Shown here: piece after piece, positions 59,451 through 64,000 of the stretch
How the letters are laid out: every line of letters starts with the position of its first letter
Numbering within the stretch: the first letter of the stretch is position 1
Assembly: GCA_017499595.2 (NCBI GenBank)
Contig: CM039004.1
Coordinates: 3,224,001-3,288,000, forward strand
Origin: Psilocybe cubensis
Taxonomy: Eukaryota
Length of the DNA: 64,000 bases
Direction: 5' to 3'
Program-made: the position numbers and the translations under genes
Notes under the pieces: model-generated
Database searches by the model: none
The model's input: the letters and a program-made list of their open reading frames with translations, nothing else
Told to the model about the DNA's origin: nothing

Positions 59451-61500
59451 AGTATGTCTTCTCTTGTGTATCACTGTTTCGATCAAGGAAACAACGCAGC
59501 TCAGAGCAGTTAAGCAGAGAAATGTAGATGGAACTAGGACAACAAAATCAGATAATATTGTCTCCTTTTATTCTGCGGATCGCCGAAACGAGGCAGTTCC
59601 CGAGCCACCTCGGGTAAAAGTCATGAACATATCTTTATGTTCAGAAGACAGGCTCCTCGTCAAGAAGTTGGTTAACAAGGGCATGTGTACGACTGATGTG
59701 GTAGACACCGATTCGGAGTTCCAGGATAATGATAACGTCTCGAATGTTTCACCATAAGCTTTTTGCGCGTACTGTCAGCGTCGCCAGTTTGGGTCAAAAA
59801 CCATGAAAATCTACCGCTGATTGTGTTGTGGGTGTCCGGCTACCCACGATCAGAACGTATTCAGGACTTAGATTGCTCGCGGACGCCATGCTGCTAAGGC
59901 ATGTACAATTGAAAGTGATGCAAATGGGGAGTAGTGGCTGAATCTATACCGATTTCGTGTGATAATCGCGGACTTATCAGCCTTGATCAATGCTATAGAA
60001 AGCCTTTTTTGGATGTTTCCGACCAATTTTGAGCCACATCAGTCTAGAAAGATCGATGTAGAGTCCACTTATAGACAAAACAAAAAGGAGATGGACTCAC
60101 AAGCAAGGTAAACGAGCGGTAGAATTCCCCGAAGAATATGCAAGGGGTGTACGACAACAAACCACCGTGGATCATGAGCGTGGATGCAGCATGCAGACAA
60201 ATAAGCATAGTTCATGACATAACCTTTGTTCTGTCAACGCTAAGCTCCACGAAGCAAGGCCAAGGTAAGTTATCGCTCACACTTGTGAGAATACTCACAT
60301 CGTCAGACGGTGATTGGTCAACACGTCCAACGAAATCACATGGCACAATGATACCATGAGCGCCAATATACGTGTCCTGTACACTACGCTGCTAATTCGA
60401 CGTGAAGAAACAGCCGACCCAACAAGTTAGTGATCGTTTCAAAAATGGTAAGACTCACCCAATCACACGATACACCCAACCAGATCCAATCTCCCATTCC
60501 TCGAACATTTGGAAATGGTTTGCAACAAGAAAATAGCTCTGGATTCACCAACGCCAGCACGTCGATCCAAGTGAGCCATGATCGATGATCAATAACTCTG
60601 CGGTCATGTTGGCAACTCTCGTCTCCTTTCCTTACACAAGGCACCACGTTGCGGCCAATCTGGGTGGGTGAAGGTTGATAGATTCTCAACGAGTTGTCAG
60701 GAAAATAAAAAACATGCAAAACCCTCATACCCTGTAACTGCAATCGATTCCTCAGGGACACGGAGGGAGGATTGGAGGGTACCCTGTCGGCCTGGATGTT
60801 AAGGTCGTGCGTCATTAGCCACTGAACCGAAAAAGCATGAAAAAGCCTCCGCGGCGCAGACCGAACAACGGGCGGAGTTCAAATCTCCGACTTGAATCTC
60901 CGCTAAAACTAAAAAAAAGAGAACTCCCATGTCCTTGCCATGTCCGCGTTTCAGTGAGCGAATAGGTACATCACATAAAATCGTTGATCAATCGCGCATT
61001 GCTAAAACTCCTCAACAAATTTATATAAAGCGTTTCATATGCAACATTGTGGGTGTTGAATGTAGTTGTTATCCTCGATAAGTCGGAAAATTGCTACACA
61101 TTCATACTATCATAAGTCATACCATTACGCCTAGCCAGGCAAGGTGCGGCTCCTATCATGGCCGCTTAGTACCAATGGTCATCAGCAAAAATTATAACTC
61201 GGACTTGTGCCGACTGTAGACCCGCCCATAGCCACGCGATGCCGCTTGTTAACTCAGATTGACGGCAGTGATGGGAAGTTGCTTGGGACAATACATTCTT
61301 TCTACCTATTTATTATTCGTTCTCTGTAACCTTTTTGATATTTTCATGCATATATTTTATATTAGAATGTATGTACCAATTTTTATGAGGAACAGGGCAC
61401 AGTATAGCGAGATCCAAATCAGTGTCTATTGCTCTCCAGGTCATCTGATGCGGAAGCACTACAAACATTGGCAAACATTGGTTGAACTTATTACGTAAAT

Positions 61501-63096
61501 ATGAGGGTGGAGAGCCCTTACTTTCAGCAAGGCGACAATTTCAGTGCACGATCAATGTCAAGCTCTCCTATAATTGCTAGTTCAATATCAGAAGTATATG
61601 GAACTATTTTCTTGAACCAGCAAGATGTAAAGGACTGCCCGGCAGGCCCCCCAATTAATCACTTGGATCAATCACTTTTTCTCTACATTTCATCGTTCAA
61701 CGCGGTCATGGACGAGGGGAAATTTACCAAGAGAGAGAAATGCGCCGTGGATACTCTCAGATACATGTCGCAGGTGTGCTCGAGCTGGAGGAACTCTATC
61801 CTGTTGTCACCAAATCTCTGGGGCCAGGTCGTGAACTTCAATCGACTCGGACACCCGGAGTGGAGGAATGAAGTTCTCCGTCGCACAAGAGATGCATCAC
61901 TCTTCCTGTATGGTGATGTTGTTGACGATGGAGATGGAGAAATATCCACTATCTTGATCAATAACTGGCAAAGGATTTGTCGTCTCGAGTTGCGGTTAGT
62001 CGGATTTACCTACCATGACAAAATCCGAAACAACGAGCGACTTTGGGAAACCCTGGGAAGTTGCTCACCATCTATCGAAGTTTTTGCGCTCTGGTTCTTC
62101 AATTATGCGTCTAGAGAGAATAAAATGATTGAGCTGGGACCCAGAGATCAGATCATATCACCCAGGAGCTTTCGGTTGTTTGGAGGATATGCACCTTGCT
62201 TGAGCCGATATGATTCCCCTAATATCCGCTTCGACACTTCGCCTGGAATTTTGACAAGTCGTCTTCAACACCTCAGACTGGAACAACCGTCTAATGCTAA
62301 TGAGATATTGAATACAATAATCTGCATACCAACACTCGTAACGCTCTCTGTTTCCCACCTTGACTCCAGCGAGAATTTAACCCTTCCACGCAGGACCAAA
62401 GACAGTAGAGTATTTCATACCAAACTCCAACGTATCGAGCTAATGGAACCAATGAACCACAATGCCTACATCATCCTACTCAGTTCTATCGAACCAGCGG
62501 AAAACCATTCCTTAATCATTCATTGCTGCCAGGCTCTCGCAGCGCAGAACACAGAGGCCCAGGTCGCACAAATCGGGGACATTCTATACAGGTACGCATC
62601 ACTGGCAAGCAAATCGATTGCGGCGGCAATAGAATCCACACTGTGGATAGAGAATCAAACTTTTCAGATATTTTGGAAAGGACCTGGGAGTGAATACAAC
62701 ATTCAAATCTCCGACCCTGCTCCACAACACTCATTTTCCCTTTCACTGCTTCGACGTTTCCCTATACCTGGTGGTAATTGCGTTCGAGAAGTTTATCTTA
62801 TACTTCAAGTCGACACCAACTTCTATTCTTCTGTTTTCGAAACATTAGCGCCCGTATTTATGTCTGTCAAGAAGTTATCAGCACCGGAAAGGTTTTTCCT
62901 GTATATGGCCGATCTGTCCGAGCAGCGCTTTGTTTCCGCTTTCCCGAAACTAGAAACAATAGTGGTGAAATATAGTTGGGATGGGAATGGGGGTGACAAC
63001 GATTCCGAGGTATCCAGATATGTCTTCAGACGGAAAGAAATGGGAATGTTGGTCCCAACCGTCCTTCCCCTGGTTGTCAATCTACAATACCTGTAG
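61501..63096 (+). CDS. Intronless F-box-like hypothetical protein
   Basis: 531-aa ORF; PINHLDQSLFLYI, MSQVCSSWRNSILLSPNLW, EWRNEVLRRT, LFGGYAPCL, AFPKLETI. Start may be 61555. Confidence 0.7.
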   Translation: MRVESPYFQQGDNFSARSMSSSPIIASSISEVYGTIFLNQQDVKDCPAGPPINHLDQSLFLYISSFNAVMDEGKFTKREKCAVDTLRYMSQVCSSWRNSILLSPNLWGQVVNFNRLGHPEWRNEVLRRTRDASLFLYGDVVDDGDGEISTILINNWQRICRLELRLVGFTYHDKIRNNERLWETLGSCSPSIEVFALWFFNYASRENKMIELGPRDQIISPRSFRLFGGYAPCLSRYDSPNIRFDTSPGILTSRLQHLRLEQPSNANEILNTIICIPTLVTLSVSHLDSSENLTLPRRTKDSRVFHTKLQRIELMEPMNHNAYIILLSSIEPAENHSLIIHCCQALAAQNTEAQVAQIGDILYRYASLASKSIAAAIESTLWIENQTFQIFWKGPGSEYNIQISDPAPQHSFSLSLLRRFPIPGGNCVREVYLILQVDTNFYSSVFETLAPVFMSVKKLSAPERFFLYMADLSEQRFVSAFPKLETIVVKYSWDGNGGDNDSEVSRYVFRRKEMGMLVPTVLPLVVNLQYL

Positions 63097-63619
63097 GTGA
63101 CGACAGAATTTGAAACAGAGGCTCTAGCTTCAAAGTAAGTAGCCACTTCCCAAGAATTGTGATCATAAATGCTATTTGATCATACCGCCTGCTGTATTTT
63201 CAAAGGGATGAAATGTTGCCAGGTTGGCAATATAAGAAACATTAGTTTACTTACGTGAAAACGCTCTAAGTTACATATATTTGCCAGACATGGGTGGTCG
63301 GAATGTAGCACATATGCATAGTTTAGGTTCATTTCGGTTCGGTATAACAAAAATGTGCTTCTAAGCTCGAAGACTGACATATCGCAAGGTCACTATTGTC
63401 GCGTTGGTACCCTTATATTTCCCCTTGAAGCATCACCACAGCGGGGGCCTGATTGCGTGGATCACGTTCATCACATCCACCCAGCCAGTCGACGACCACG
63501 ATGTCGCTGCTTATTGAGTTGAACATTACTGGAGCGCACCTGATTCAATATAATAATGCCTTTGGATAAATATACAGACGAAAGAATGTATAGATCTCTG
63601 AGCGCAACGGTAAAATACA

Positions 63620-64000
63620 CTACACACGATCTTGTAGAATCTTCAAGACGATTCTCTCGTTTTCTTTTAATATAAGTTTCTTACGCAAATCAAAATCTTC
63701 TTTCGTACGTACCCACCCCTCATTCACAAATCTGTGCACTGCTTGACGAATCCGCGAATGAAATCCTAGAGTGACACCTGACGATGACGGGTCGCTTTCG
63801 AGAAAGTCTGACGCATCTCCCGTCCGAAGCACCTTGATGGCTTGGAACTCGCTCATCACAGCAGGTCGATTGATTGTGACTCTGTCGTCATCAATGTAAA
63901 TGTACGATTCCCGCAGCTCACGTACTGCCAGGATCGGAACCTTGAAGACAACAGAACAAGGGTTTTAGCAATTGGACAACAAAGACAAAATATTACAGAA
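63620..64000 (-). CDS. 3' end of a hypothetical gene running off the window
   Basis: Open frame ...VPILAVRELRESYIYIDDDRVTINRPAVMSEFQ...LQDRV* ending at 63620; function not recognised. Confidence 0.45.

Noticed and set aside
59760..60815. Minus-strand GTGAGT donor-like sites and a 143-aa ORF suggesting a gene
   Set aside because: Could not assemble a consistent spliced reading frame or recognise a domain.
1..64000. Prokaryotic-type systems (CRISPR, operons, defence islands) and core secondary-metabolite genes (PKS/NRPS/terpene synthase, repeat-core RiPP precursors)
   Set aside because: The DNA is spliceosomal-intron-rich fungal sequence; no repeat-spacer array or such core genes were seen.

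Overview
Eukaryotic, intron-rich DNA that reads like a mushroom-forming basidiomycete (Agaricomycetes): ~50-60 nt GT-AG introns and lineage-typical families (DUF6699-like, F-box-like, 'DDxD..I.Y.G.W' membrane proteins). About 22 protein genes can be reconstructed. Left to right: an M43 metalloprotease, two tandem calpain-like proteases, a probable pseudokinase, a 3-ketoacyl-CoA thiolase, an ABCF ATPase, an M28 peptidase, a secreted glutamic-peptidase-like protein, an MBOAT O-acyltransferase next to four paralogous GT31-like glycosyltransferases, two paralogous single-pass membrane proteins, a small Cys-rich secreted peptide missed by the ORF track, an alkenal reductase and two F-box-like genes. 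Non-coding and mobile features: an intron-containing tRNA-Thr(AGT) and a full-length Ty1/Copia retrotransposon (46114-51714). The Copia has apparently identical 377-bp LTRs, a TTTTA target-site duplication, a half-tRNAiMet primer site and one in-frame TGA between protease and integrase. It is nested in a ~0.5-kb TIR element ~0.7 kb upstream of the tRNA. Best candidate for an undescribed system: the MBOAT + 4x GT31 cluster. Exon boundaries were read by eye; no database searches were run, so family calls rest on recognised motifs.
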